DNA from: a virus
Strand: one strand, 5' to 3'
IMG/VR virus record: IMGVR_UViG_3300012983_000048
Length of the DNA stretch: 64,000 bases
Below the pieces are notes generated by a model that worked only from the letters and a program-made list of their open reading frames with translations, did no database searches and was not told where the DNA came from. The translations under genes and the position numbers were made by a program. Shown one piece after another: positions 1-9,925 of the stretch. How positions within the stretch are numbered: position 1 is the stretch's first letter; each line of letters opens with the position of its first letter.

Positions 1-158
1 TTATTGTTAATATTGGATATTGATTTTAAATTTGAACATTCAGCAAATGCATATGATATTGAATTTCCTTTCCATACTACATTATTACAATCAATATGTT
101 CAATTAATTGATTATTTTGAAATGTTGTTGATGTTAAAAATGTTTGTCTTGTCTTCAT
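1..158 (-). CDS. BspA-like LRR protein, N-terminal fragment (gene runs off the window start)
   Basis: ATG at 158..156 is preceded by a GAGGGG SD. Minus-strand translation MKTRQTFLTSTTFQNNQLIEHIDCNNVVWKGNSISYAFAECSNLKSISNIN stays open to position 1. The YAFAECSNLKSI unit matches the LRR repeats of the next gene. Confidence 0.45.
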   Translation of the reverse strand, partial: MKTRQTFLTSTTFQNNQLIEHIDCNNVVWKGNSISYAFAECSNLKSISNINN

Positions 159-160
159 TG

Positions 161-1360
161 TTACCCCTCAAACCCAGTTGATGGAACAACAACACTTGTA
201 TTGGTTCCAATATATTTTATTAACTCTGTTTTATAATTTGATGTTCTTGTTTCATATTCACTTAAATTTATATCTACGACATCTTCAGGTATTTGTGGAA
301 GTTGAGATGTTAAAATGTCTTTAATGTATACACCATCATATGTTCCATATCCATCATATCCTGCATCAATAAAAGACTTTAATGTCAATGATTGTGAACC
401 ATTTGTGTGATTTATTAATATATTATTTGATGTATCTATTGAATATGTTGATGTATTTGAATATGATTCAACAATGATTTCTGTTTTTGATTCATTGAAT
501 TGAATATTCTTGATGTTATCATTTATAGAACCGTTTTGGTAATAAACTTGTGCTGAATTTTTGAAACATTTTATATAAATTGAATCATAACCATAATCAG
601 AACTATAACAATATAGAGTTTCAGCATAATCATTTGTAAAATTAAATGGAATGTATATATTTTTTATTTGAGAAGTTCCATTAAATATATTTTTACAATC
701 TAAAACTTTGTCAGAAAGTATGTAAATATCTCCACTAACATTAATACATCCCTCAAATGTTCCATATAAATCTGTTACTGATGCTGGTATGTTTGGAATA
801 GATGTTATATTATCACAATATGCATATGTTCCTCTTAAGCACTCAATATTTGTTGGATATGTGATAACACCATTAATATTTTTACAAAGTGCATAGGTTT
901 GTGTCATATCTGATACACTATTTGGTATTGTTGGAAATGATGTTAAATTAGAACAATTATAAAATGTAGATTGCAAATTGGTTATATTTTCTGGAATTGT
1001 TGGTGTATATGTTAATGAATGGCAATCTGCAAAACAACCAACAATGTTTGTTACACTATTTGGTATTGTTGGTGCAACATTCAAATTGTTACAACCACAA
1101 AATGTATAACTCATATTTGATACATTTGATGGAATTTCCGGGCATTTTGTTAAATTTGAACAATTATAAAAAGTGTAACTTAAATTTATAACATCATTTG
1201 AAATGTTATGAACCTCTTTAAGGTTATAACAATTGCTGAAACTATATTCCATAGAGTCATTTTCCCATGGAATATTCATTGTATCAACAGAAACTATATT
1301 TGAATTGTTTCTAAAAGTAGTTGGAGATGCAAGTATTTCTTTTGCTAATGTTATTGCCAT
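161..1360 (-). CDS. BspA-type leucine-rich-repeat protein (LRR_5-like), probable receptor-binding/adhesin
   Basis: 399-aa ORF. About 9 tandem 22-24 aa repeats of the form NxxxMxYTFxxCxNLxxxPxIPxSVTN (for example NLSYTFYNCSNLTKCPEIPSNVSNMSYTFCGCNNLNVAPTIPNSVTNIVGCFADCHSL), typical of BspA-like LRR. The C-terminus LIKYIGTNTSVVVP is shared with the upstream small ORF. Confidence 0.65.
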   Translation of the reverse strand: MAITLAKEILASPTTFRNNSNIVSVDTMNIPWENDSMEYSFSNCYNLKEVHNISNDVINLSYTFYNCSNLTKCPEIPSNVSNMSYTFCGCNNLNVAPTIPNSVTNIVGCFADCHSLTYTPTIPENITNLQSTFYNCSNLTSFPTIPNSVSDMTQTYALCKNINGVITYPTNIECLRGTYAYCDNITSIPNIPASVTDLYGTFEGCINVSGDIYILSDKVLDCKNIFNGTSQIKNIYIPFNFTNDYAETLYCYSSDYGYDSIYIKCFKNSAQVYYQNGSINDNIKNIQFNESKTEIIVESYSNTSTYSIDTSNNILINHTNGSQSLTLKSFIDAGYDGYGTYDGVYIKDILTSQLPQIPEDVVDINLSEYETRTSNYKTELIKYIGTNTSVVVPSTGFEG

Positions 1361-1363
1361 TTA

Positions 1364-1615
1364 TCACCCCATTAAAACAGGCATAATCACGTTTGTTTCG
1401 GAACCTATATATTTTGTTAATGTTACAATATTATCTTCATTTGTAAATTCATAATCAATAATATCTACTTCAACCGGAATTAACTCTAAATCAACTAAAA
1501 GTCTTTTATTTCCGGTAATTGTTTCAATACCGGATTCTTCTTCATATCCATCACAATATACTCTCCATCGGACAGTAGTTCCATTCGGAACAACAATAGA
1601 TTTCTCCATATACAT
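1364..1615 (-). CDS. hypothetical small protein, co-transcribed with the LRR gene
   Basis: 83-aa ORF. Its stop lies 3 nt before the start of ORF 161..1360. Contains LTKYIGSETNVIMP, matching the C-terminal motif of the LRR protein. Confidence 0.45.
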   Translation of the reverse strand: MYMEKSIVVPNGTTVRWRVYCDGYEEESGIETITGNKRLLVDLELIPVEVDIIDYEFTNEDNIVTLTKYIGSETNVIMPVLMG

Positions 1616-1693
1616 TCTCCTACATTATATTTTTATTTATGTTCTTTTGAGTGGTAAATAATTGTATAAATAATTCTATATATGGAGAAATAA
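1616..1693. promoter_or_regulatory. divergent intergenic region with putative promoters (TTGAGT ... TGTATAAAT) between the minus 1615 gene and the plus 1694 gene
   Basis: AT-rich 78-nt gap between divergently oriented starts. A -35/-10-like TTGAGT(1647) and TGnTATAAA(1663-1670) and an RBS GGAGAAATAAATG are visible. Spacing is imperfect. Confidence 0.25.
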
Positions 1694-2053
1694 ATGCCAA
1701 TAAGATTAGGTACCACATTAAAAATCAACAATGATAGATTGAATGTAATATATACAGATTTGTATAATAAATTAAATAGTTCAAAATCATGGAAAAATAC
1801 AATTAATAATGATGAAATTGTTTATACAACACAATATCCACAAATAGGTAACAATATATATGATAATTGTGATTTGAAAGTAAAAACAATTATTAAGAGA
1901 GTTGTAGGTGATAATACTATTGTTGGTGAAAATGGTATGATTTATGTTTTGAATGACAAAAATAGCATATCATTTAATAAAATACCACAAGAATCATATA
2001 ATGAACCTATTATGCTTGGTCATTTATTGGAATTATTAAAAGAAACAGAATAA
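1694..2053 (+). CDS. hypothetical protein
   Basis: 119-aa ORF with RBS GGAGAAATAAATG. No recognisable motif. Confidence 0.45.
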   Translation: MPIRLGTTLKINNDRLNVIYTDLYNKLNSSKSWKNTINNDEIVYTTQYPQIGNNIYDNCDLKVKTIIKRVVGDNTIVGENGMIYVLNDKNSISFNKIPQESYNEPIMLGHLLELLKETE

Positions 2054-2065
2054 GAGAGATTATAA

Positions 2066-2665
2066 ATGGCAAATACTGAGAATACAACAAATTTACAAAT
2101 AAATGTGTTATCAAAAGAGCAATATGATTCTTTAACAACAAAAAATTTAAATGAAATCTATGTGGTTAAAGAAGACTTAAATGATACAGACTTTTCTGTA
2201 TCAAGTAGAACATATGCAGATGTTGGTAGAAATGCTGTAATTATTAGTAATGAAGAACCAAGTGTAGAAAAATCAAAAATATGGATAAATCCAGATGGTG
2301 ATATGGCTGCAATTTCACCAGCTGATACAGATTTAAGTAATATTACAAGTGTTGCAAAAACAAAAATTTCATCATTGATTGTTCCTGATTATAATTCAGG
2401 TGAAACAATTGATGAAATAACAGGACAAACATTTGTTGCACCAATGAATGGTTTTATTTATGTTCGTGTAAGTAATGGTGGTATTATTAGATTTAAACCA
2501 TCAGAGTCATCACCTGTGATTATATTAGAATTGTGGGCAGGTGAAAATCAATCATATACAACAACAATAATGATTGGAAAAAATGATAGTGTGTATATTG
2601 ATGAAAGAAGTTCTGGAACAGTTCAATTATCATTCTATCCATTTAAAGGAGAAGTAGATGAGTAA
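2066..2665 (+). CDS. hypothetical tail-associated protein
   Basis: 199-aa ORF with RBS AGAGAG. Its N-terminus (LQINVLSKEQYDSLTTKNLNEIYVV) is paralogous to the N-terminus of ORF 8966..9871 (LTNINMMTKEKFDSLTSIDDSQLYAV). Confidence 0.5.
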   Translation: MANTENTTNLQINVLSKEQYDSLTTKNLNEIYVVKEDLNDTDFSVSSRTYADVGRNAVIISNEEPSVEKSKIWINPDGDMAAISPADTDLSNITSVAKTKISSLIVPDYNSGETIDEITGQTFVAPMNGFIYVRVSNGGIIRFKPSESSPVIILELWAGENQSYTTTIMIGKNDSVYIDERSSGTVQLSFYPFKGEVDE

Positions 2666-2999
2666 GATGTGGGCAATAATAACAAATACAAGAACAAAAA
2701 AATGTAAAGTTGGATTAGGTAATAATGTAGAACTTTATAAAAAAAGAGGTATGCAATTATTAGATGTTGAACAATCTTATAATGGTAATTGGTATATAAA
2801 AGGTTATGCACCATTAAGTGGTTACACACCAAATAATGAAAAAAGAATATTTGAATTGAAAAAAGAATTAAAAAGTTATGATTATATTGGTGTTAAAATA
2901 GCAACAGGTTGTGCAACAATTGATGATTATAAAGATGAAATAGAACGTTGTGAAGAAATTAGAAATGAAATAAGAATTTTAGAAAAAGTGGGTGGTTAA
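2658..2999 (+). CDS. hypothetical protein
   Basis: 113-aa ORF overlapping the upstream stop. No motif recognised. Confidence 0.45.
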   Translation: MSKMWAIITNTRTKKCKVGLGNNVELYKKRGMQLLDVEQSYNGNWYIKGYAPLSGYTPNNEKRIFELKKELKSYDYIGVKIATGCATIDDYKDEIERCEEIRNEIRILEKVGG

Positions 3000-3002
3000 C
3001 AT

Positions 3003-4136
3003 ATGCCAAAAATTAAGTATAATAGTGGAAACAATTGGGTTGATTTACAAAACAATTTAAAAGCAACTGAAACAACAGATGGTGTATCAAAAATAGCAAC
3101 ATCAGAAATGGTTAGTCAAGGAATTGATGATTATACATATATAACACCAAAAAAATTGAGAGAAGTTGTTAATACATTACCAATTGAAAATATGGTTGTA
3201 CATAAAGCAGGTAATGAATCAATTACTGGATTAAAAACATTTAGAGGAACAGATAATGGTGTTGGTGTTGTTGCATTAAATAGTACATCCACTGGAATTA
3301 ATGACACAGTATCAGATAATCCATATTTTGGAAAAATTGACATTACAGATAAAAATGATATTTCTGTTGGTGTTTTGGGATTTGTAAGAGGTATAGATGA
3401 TACAAAATTGTATAATTCTGCTAAATTAGAAATAGCAAGTAATAATGGGGTTTTTACACCAATTCCATTAGAAATAAGATTTTATGATAATGGTGATATA
3501 ATTGCATATGCACCAACCACAAAAGCAGATGCAAAAGATAATGAAATAGCAACAGCAGGTTGGGTATTAACAAAATTAAGTGAAGAAACATCAGCAAGAA
3601 CAGAGGCTGAAACACAACTACAATCACAAATAACATCAAATACAAATAGTATAACAAATATCAATGCAAGCATTTTGGGTATAAATGGTGATATTTCTGG
3701 AATTAATAATAGTATAACAAATATAAATGGTGATATTACTGAATTAAATAAAGATATTACAGATATAAACACAGAATTGGGAAATAAGCAGGCAACCTTA
3801 ACATCTGAACAACTTGCCGCCGTTAACAGTGGTGTTACATCATCAACACTTGAACAAATTGCATCAAATACATCAAATATAGCAACAAAAGCAGACCAAC
3901 TAACAACATATACAAAAGATGAAGTTGATGGATTGATTGATAATATTACTATTGATGAAACAAATATAGTTCATAAAAGTGGTAATGAAACAATTGATGG
4001 AACAAAAACATTTACTTCAAGTCCAAATGTTCCTACTGTTAGTGATTTATCGGATTCATCACAAAGTGTTGCATCAACAGCATTTGTTCAAAATGTTGTA
4101 AATAATAATAAATTAACAATAACATATGTGGAATAG
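3003..4136 (+). CDS. tail fibre protein (coiled-coil shaft with conserved fibre motifs)
   Basis: 377 aa. Two copies of the phage-fibre signature VHKAGNESITGLKTF / VHKSGNETIDGTKTFTSSPNVPTVSD...ASTAFVQN. Heptad-like repeats ITNINASILGINGDISGINNSITNINGDITELNKDITDIN. Confidence 0.65.
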   Translation: MPKIKYNSGNNWVDLQNNLKATETTDGVSKIATSEMVSQGIDDYTYITPKKLREVVNTLPIENMVVHKAGNESITGLKTFRGTDNGVGVVALNSTSTGINDTVSDNPYFGKIDITDKNDISVGVLGFVRGIDDTKLYNSAKLEIASNNGVFTPIPLEIRFYDNGDIIAYAPTTKADAKDNEIATAGWVLTKLSEETSARTEAETQLQSQITSNTNSITNINASILGINGDISGINNSITNINGDITELNKDITDINTELGNKQATLTSEQLAAVNSGVTSSTLEQIASNTSNIATKADQLTTYTKDEVDGLIDNITIDETNIVHKSGNETIDGTKTFTSSPNVPTVSDLSDSSQSVASTAFVQNVVNNNKLTITYVE

Positions 4137-4139
4137 ATA

Positions 4140-7100
4140 ATGAATTTAAGAGATTATGTATTTGCAAGAAAAATCAATGGACAAACAAGATTGTTTTCAT
4201 TTAAACAAAAGTTGAACTCATCAACAGGTGGGTTTAAACATTTTTGTCTTAAAGGTAAATACTTAACCTCATTCATTAGAATCAAAGCAACACCATCAAC
4301 TGCAACTATTTCAATTGTTTCTGATAATTGTATTCAAAAAGGTAATACAATGATAGTTCCAATTGGTAACACTGTATATGTTACTGTTGAAAATGATGAT
4401 TATTTGACACAAGAGTTTGAATTTGTTGCAGGAAAAGAGGATTATTATTTAGATATTGGATTGGATTTATCTGCTGAGTTTGTATTAAGGGTTGATACAA
4501 CAAAGAATGTTTCTAATACAAATGATAATACATTTATTGTTCCATTTACAAGTGGAACATATTCTGAATTATCAGATGATTCAATTAATATAGATTGGGG
4601 TGATGGAAATAATACAACAATTGAAAATGGTGTCTTTACACAAGAAAATTGTTCTCATATATATAGTAATCCTGGTTCTTATGATATTTCTATTACATCA
4701 TCAAGTGATAAAATACCTGCATTATCATTTAATGATAATTATAGTTCAATAAACAATAATAACTTAAAACTTGTGGAAATTAAAAGTCCATTGGTTCCGA
4801 TGATTGGAACTAATGGAGAATTGGAAACAAATTTACCAAATTTGTTTGGTGGTTGTTCTAATTTATCATCTATTGTTGAGGATATTTTTAAATATAATCA
4901 TCAGATTAAAAATATTTCTGGTTGTTTTGAAGGTTGTAATTCATTATTAACAATACCAGAAAATATATTAATATATACACCAAATATTATAAATGTATCA
5001 TATATGTTCAATAATTGTGATGGTATAGAGGAAGTTCCATTTGGTTTATTAACATCAATAACAACTTTAAGAAACTGTGAAAGTATGTTTAATAATTGTG
5101 ATAATTTAAAAATAATACCAAATGGATTATTTTCAACAAATAAAACTATAACAAACTTCACAAAATGTTTTGAAAATTGTAAAAATTTAACAATTAATCC
5201 AAATATATTTGGTGATGATTATACATATCTTTCTGATATAAATGGAATAAACTTCTCAAATATGTTTTATAGAGAACAATTTGATGGAACCGATTGTGGG
5301 TCAGCACCAGAAATATATAAGTTGGATTATAATGAACTTGGTGGTTCTATAAACTGCTTTGGTGGTATTGGTAACGAAGGATTATTAAACTATTGGGATA
5401 TACCACATACTTGGGGTGGTCCAGAAAAAATAGAATTAACAATGGATTTAGAACCAAATGATGTGAATGCCATATTATATGATTATGATTTATTTGAATT
5501 GCCTTATTATAAAGATGAAGGTTGGAATAGAGTTCAAGTAAATACAACACCTAATGATGCTTCGGTAAATGTTGTTCATGCATTAAATGGATATCCAGAT
5601 GAATATCAACAAAATGTTATTTTTAGTAGAAATCCAGGGGTGATTTATAATGGTGTGGCAAGTGGATTTACATCAACAGAATATTTAAAACTGCCACAAA
5701 CAATACCAAATTGTTCTAAAATAGAATTTGGTGGGAAATTTAAATGCAATGCTACATCTGGTGTTAGATGTATTTTTGAATTATCAAAAAATAATTGGAC
5801 TGGGTTTAATATTGCTATTCATGATGATTTATTAAGACTTTGGTGTTCAAGTAGTAGTAGTAAAATTACTCAATTAACAAAAGACAAATATTATTGGTTT
5901 AAATGTGTATGTGATACAAGTGGTAATAAACTATATATATCAACTGATGGGATAAATTATGTTGAAGATGTTGTTCAAACCACAAATGAGTTTTCTTCAT
6001 ATGTTGATTCTATTGTATATATTGGTATAAGAGGATATAATAAAAGTGAAGTATTTACTGATGGACATATAGATTTAAATGAATGTTATATAAAAATAGA
6101 TGACAGTTTGTGGTGGGATTGTCATGATTTAAATTCCAATGTGGTTTCAGCAAATAACACTAAGAAAGAATTTAGTAGTGGATCATATTATATTAATTTA
6201 AGTGGTGGTGAATATGATGTTATAGTTGTTGGTGCCGGTGGTGGTGGTTCTGGTTGTTCTAAACACTCTGATGGTGCAAGTGGTGCATCTGGAGCTGCAT
6301 TTGTAGGTAAAGTAAACATACCAAAAGGCATTTATAAAATAACAGTTGGTGCAGGTGGCACTGGAACTCCTAGAATGGATTGGAGTCGCGGTGGAACGGG
6401 TGGTAGTTCATCAATTGGTGATGTAATAATTGCTGGTGGTGGAACTGGTGGTGCATTGGATGCATCAGGTGGAACTGGTGGAACTTTGACATTAAATACT
6501 CAACCATTATCATATACTGTTAAATCAAATGGTAATAATGGTGCAGGTGGTTATGGTTGGGGACAAACATCTACAGTTGCATCTCCATATGGTTCTTATG
6601 GTTATGGTGGTTATGGTGGTGCTTGTGATTGGCAAGGTGGTGGAACTGGTGGTAATGGATATATAAGTATTTCCGGTTTATTTGAATTAAATTCATTTAC
6701 AGTCGAAAAGATTGGTTTTTGGAACAATGATGGTATAATTAGTGGATTTACAACTTCTAATTATATTAAACATGCATCATCTATTGGAACAATAACATCA
6801 TTTGAACAAGTTATGAAAGTAACAACAACAACAGATATAACAACACGACAAACAATTTGTGCGGGTGATGCATATTTGGGATTGGGATCATTTATGATAA
6901 TTGATGGTAAAATAAAATTATATGCATCATCAGATGGAACGACAAATGATATTGCTGGAACAGATGGAACTTTAAGTACATTAGATGTATTACCAAATAC
7001 TGAATATTATGTAAAATATCATTGGAATGGAACAGATTATAAAATTGATTTATCAACAAATGGTATAGATTATGTCAACTATATATCAATATCAAAAAAC

Positions 7101-8528
7101 ATTTCACCCAAATTTAATGGTGTGGTTGGTATTGGGACAGATACAGGTGCATCAAACCAATATCCATGGTTTGGCATGATTGATATATCAAAATCATATA
7201 TTAAAATAAATGGTCAATTGTGGTGGAACAATAAAACAAATACTTATAAATATTGGGATGAAAAGTATATCCAAAATTATAGCATTAATGGTACAATGCT
7301 TTCTGTTGAGAATGGTATTGCAAAAGGATTTAATGAAACCAATTATTTGTTATTACCACAATTATTTACCCCAGGAAACTCTAAATGGGAAATAGTATTG
7401 AAATTTAATATTTCTTCATTTAATACAACATCTACATGGATAAATTTATTTGGTAATGGTAATACAACAGATAGAACAGCTGGGATACATATTTTTTATA
7501 ATACATCAGGAAGTATTCGTGTTGAGGCATGTACACTTGGTGCATCATCATGGAATATAATGAATGTCTCTGGAACAACCATATTGACAACAAACAAAGA
7601 TTATTGGGTTAAAGTTCAATATACAGGAACACAATACATTGTCTATATATCTACAGATGGAATTACATATAATCAAGAAGCAAGTGTATCATCATCAGAA
7701 GTAATTGGAGCTTCAGCAACACAATCATTGGGTATTAGTGTATCACACCCAACTTTATATCATAATGGAATCATATATTTAAATGAATCATATATTAAAA
7801 TAGATGATGAAATTTGGTGGGATGGTAAACAATATAACAAGGTTGGATATTATGATAGTAATGGTATATTAACCGGCATAAATGCAACAAATTATATAAC
7901 ATTAAAAAATCAATTTAATCCTTCAACATCACCATGGGAAGTTGGATTAAAATTCAATACTGGTTCAGATTTTTCAACATCCAAATATCCATTTGGATGT
8001 ACAAATGCAGATAATGGGGTTTTATTTGGTTGGGATGTAAATGGTGTTGCAAGACTGTGGGTTTCAAGCGATGGTTCAAGTTGGAATGTTGTGAATAGTT
8101 CATATACTGGTAATTATGCAATGTCATTAAATACTGAATACTATGCAAAAATTATATTTGATGGTAAAAGATATACAACTTTATTATCAAAAGATGGTAA
8201 GACATGGAGATATGGAACACGTGTTGATTCAACAGTTGCCGTCCGTCATTGTACATTCCATTTGGGTGCAGCATGGGATAGATCATCTTCACATTTGCCA
8301 ACCAATGGATATATTGATTTGAATGAATGTTATATCAATATTAATGGTGTAAGATGGTGGGATTGTATTAATAAAGATACATCAAATTATGCTGTAAATA
8401 TTAAAGATAAAGAATTTTTAACATTACAAAATTCAAAAGTTTTAATAAATGTATCAAAAAATGGTTATAATGATAATACTAAATATTATACAATTGCAGA
8501 TGATACAACATTAAATATATCATTATAG
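4140..8528 (+). CDS. giant multidomain receptor-binding / tail fibre protein (PEGA-like N-term, BspA-LRR, Gly-rich segment, 4x LamG/ConA-like repeats)
   Basis: 1462-aa uninterrupted ORF immediately after the fibre gene. BspA-LRR units at roughly aa 230-380 (NISGCFEGCNSLLTIPENI..VSYMFNNCDGIEEVP..CESMFNNCDNLKIIPNGLF). A Gly-rich block (GAGGGGSGCSKHSDGASGASGAAF..GGTGGTLTLN..GYGGYGGACDWQGGGTGGNGY). Four ~180-aa repeats, each ending in (N/S)E(C/S)YIKI(D/N)xxxWWD/N. Confidence 0.75.
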   Translation: MNLRDYVFARKINGQTRLFSFKQKLNSSTGGFKHFCLKGKYLTSFIRIKATPSTATISIVSDNCIQKGNTMIVPIGNTVYVTVENDDYLTQEFEFVAGKEDYYLDIGLDLSAEFVLRVDTTKNVSNTNDNTFIVPFTSGTYSELSDDSINIDWGDGNNTTIENGVFTQENCSHIYSNPGSYDISITSSSDKIPALSFNDNYSSINNNNLKLVEIKSPLVPMIGTNGELETNLPNLFGGCSNLSSIVEDIFKYNHQIKNISGCFEGCNSLLTIPENILIYTPNIINVSYMFNNCDGIEEVPFGLLTSITTLRNCESMFNNCDNLKIIPNGLFSTNKTITNFTKCFENCKNLTINPNIFGDDYTYLSDINGINFSNMFYREQFDGTDCGSAPEIYKLDYNELGGSINCFGGIGNEGLLNYWDIPHTWGGPEKIELTMDLEPNDVNAILYDYDLFELPYYKDEGWNRVQVNTTPNDASVNVVHALNGYPDEYQQNVIFSRNPGVIYNGVASGFTSTEYLKLPQTIPNCSKIEFGGKFKCNATSGVRCIFELSKNNWTGFNIAIHDDLLRLWCSSSSSKITQLTKDKYYWFKCVCDTSGNKLYISTDGINYVEDVVQTTNEFSSYVDSIVYIGIRGYNKSEVFTDGHIDLNECYIKIDDSLWWDCHDLNSNVVSANNTKKEFSSGSYYINLSGGEYDVIVVGAGGGGSGCSKHSDGASGASGAAFVGKVNIPKGIYKITVGAGGTGTPRMDWSRGGTGGSSSIGDVIIAGGGTGGALDASGGTGGTLTLNTQPLSYTVKSNGNNGAGGYGWGQTSTVASPYGSYGYGGYGGACDWQGGGTGGNGYISISGLFELNSFTVEKIGFWNNDGIISGFTTSNYIKHASSIGTITSFEQVMKVTTTTDITTRQTICAGDAYLGLGSFMIIDGKIKLYASSDGTTNDIAGTDGTLSTLDVLPNTEYYVKYHWNGTDYKIDLSTNGIDYVNYISISKNISPKFNGVVGIGTDTGASNQYPWFGMIDISKSYIKINGQLWWNNKTNTYKYWDEKYIQNYSINGTMLSVENGIAKGFNETNYLLLPQLFTPGNSKWEIVLKFNISSFNTTSTWINLFGNGNTTDRTAGIHIFYNTSGSIRVEACTLGASSWNIMNVSGTTILTTNKDYWVKVQYTGTQYIVYISTDGITYNQEASVSSSEVIGASATQSLGISVSHPTLYHNGIIYLNESYIKIDDEIWWDGKQYNKVGYYDSNGILTGINATNYITLKNQFNPSTSPWEVGLKFNTGSDFSTSKYPFGCTNADNGVLFGWDVNGVARLWVSSDGSSWNVVNSSYTGNYAMSLNTEYYAKIIFDGKRYTTLLSKDGKTWRYGTRVDSTVAVRHCTFHLGAAWDRSSSHLPTNGYIDLNECYININGVRWWDCINKDTSNYAVNIKDKEFLTLQNSKVLINVSKNGYNDNTKYYTIADDTTLNISL
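5640..8375 (+). repeat. four tandem in-frame ~540-nt repeats encoding LamG/ConA-like lectin modules inside the giant ORF
   Basis: Repeat openers GFTSTEYLKLPQ / GFTTSNYIKHAS / GFNETNYLLLPQ / GINATNYITLKNQ. Repeat closers NECYIKIDDSLWWDCHDLN / SKSYIKINGQLWWNNKTN / NESYIKIDDEIWWDGKQYN / NECYININGVRWWDCINKD. Confidence 0.6.
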
Positions 8529-8536
8529 GAGTATGT

Positions 8537-8935
8537 ATGATAAGAAAAAAATTAACAGGTAGAAAAAATACATCAGCATCATACTTAATTTATAATGATA
8601 AAGATGGTTATAAAATTGGCAATTTAATTTGGGATAAAACAAAAACAGAATTACTTACATTATATGCATATACAACCTTAACAATAAATGTCAATCCTTC
8701 TGATGCAAAAATAACATTTGATGCAGGTGAATATAAACAAAATGGAAACAGTATATCTGTTCCAATTGGAACTGAAGTAAATTATAAAATTGAAAGAGAT
8801 GGTTATGTTCCTATTGAAAGAAGATTGATTATGACATCAGATACTGAATTAAATATTGATTTAATTGAGCTTGTAACTATTACAATAGAACCAACCCCAT
8901 CAAATGCTATTGTAACTATAACATTTATTGAATAA
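8537..8935 (+). CDS. small PEGA/Ig-like beta-sandwich domain protein (tail-associated)
   Basis: 132 aa. VNPSDAKITFDAGEYKQNGNSISVPIGTEVNYKIERDGYVPIERRLIMTSDTELNIDLIE matches the module also seen in ORFs 4140 (N-term), 36426 (-) and 41452 (twice). Confidence 0.5.
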   Translation: MIRKKLTGRKNTSASYLIYNDKDGYKIGNLIWDKTKTELLTLYAYTTLTINVNPSDAKITFDAGEYKQNGNSISVPIGTEVNYKIERDGYVPIERRLIMTSDTELNIDLIELVTITIEPTPSNAIVTITFIE

Positions 8936-8965
8936 ATAATTTATATAATAACTTAGAGGTAAATT

Positions 8966-9871
8966 ATGGCAGATACAAAAGTTGAATTGACTAATATTAA
9001 TATGATGACAAAAGAAAAATTTGATTCATTGACATCAATTGATGATAGTCAATTGTATGCTGTTGAATTTCCATTTGCAGATGAAGATTTAGTTCATACA
9101 AAATATGATGAAACAATTGGTGGAGCAAAAACATTTTTAAATAATGTTTATAGAAAATCATCAATTAATTCAAATAAAGATACTACACGTTCTGCCAATA
9201 CATATATGGCATTTACTTTTGTTGATAAAAATGGTTCTCCATCTGGATATATTGAAGAAGCATATGTAAATGATGGTAGCAGATACTTTAATATTGTTGT
9301 GAGGAATAGCGAAGATACAGGTGTCGAGGTTCCATTTCGAATTATTACCCCTGTTTATGGTTCTAATTCACCATCATATGTAAATTGTTCAGGAACATGG
9401 AATTTTAGTTCAACAATTCAAGGAACTGCTTATAGAGCATTATGGGGAGACTTGGCAGAATATTATAAATCTGATAACAACTACCCAAAAGGAACACTGG
9501 TTCAATTTGGTGGTGAAAAAGAAATAACAATTGCAACGGAAGAAGTTAATGCAGTAATTACATCAGAACCAGGATTTATATTAAATACACAAGATTCATT
9601 TAATGATGAATCATCACAAGCAATAGCATTGGTTGGTAAAGTTCCAGTAAGAGTTATTGGAAAATGTCATAAGTTTGATAGATTGGTATTATCAAACATT
9701 CCTGGTGTTGCTATATCTTATGATAGCATTGATGAAAATGATGAATCATTGGATATGCATAGAAATACTTATACAGGTATGAATTCAAATATTATAGCAA
9801 GAGCATTAGAAGAAAAAACATCAGATGAGGAAGGACTTATTATCTGTACAGTTAAATTTGACATTATGTAG
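8966..9871 (+). CDS. hypothetical tail-associated protein (N-terminal paralog of ORF 2066)
   Basis: 301 aa with RBS AGAGG. The N-terminal 40 aa align with ORF 2066..2665. Confidence 0.5.
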   Translation: MADTKVELTNINMMTKEKFDSLTSIDDSQLYAVEFPFADEDLVHTKYDETIGGAKTFLNNVYRKSSINSNKDTTRSANTYMAFTFVDKNGSPSGYIEEAYVNDGSRYFNIVVRNSEDTGVEVPFRIITPVYGSNSPSYVNCSGTWNFSSTIQGTAYRALWGDLAEYYKSDNNYPKGTLVQFGGEKEITIATEEVNAVITSEPGFILNTQDSFNDESSQAIALVGKVPVRVIGKCHKFDRLVLSNIPGVAISYDSIDENDESLDMHRNTYTGMNSNIIARALEEKTSDEEGLIICTVKFDIM

Positions 9872-9925
9872 AAACTATTGTATTATATTCTATAATGATA
9901 AAATTTAACTGAGGAGATATATTAA

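Noticed and set aside
997-1454. Small plus-strand ORFs 997..1191 and 1233..1454 inside or antisense to the LRR gene
   Set aside because: They lie entirely within the long minus-strand LRR ORF, have low-complexity translations and no RBS. Treated as frame noise from AT-rich DNA.
3131-8148. Antisense or alternative-frame ORFs (3131..3343, 3454..3657, 3482..3772, 4901..5161, 5347..5550, 7210..7395, 7954..8148) within the fibre and giant genes
   Set aside because: They are embedded in long, motif-rich ORFs on the other strand or frame. Their translations are Leu/Ile/Phe-rich, typical of AT-rich antisense.
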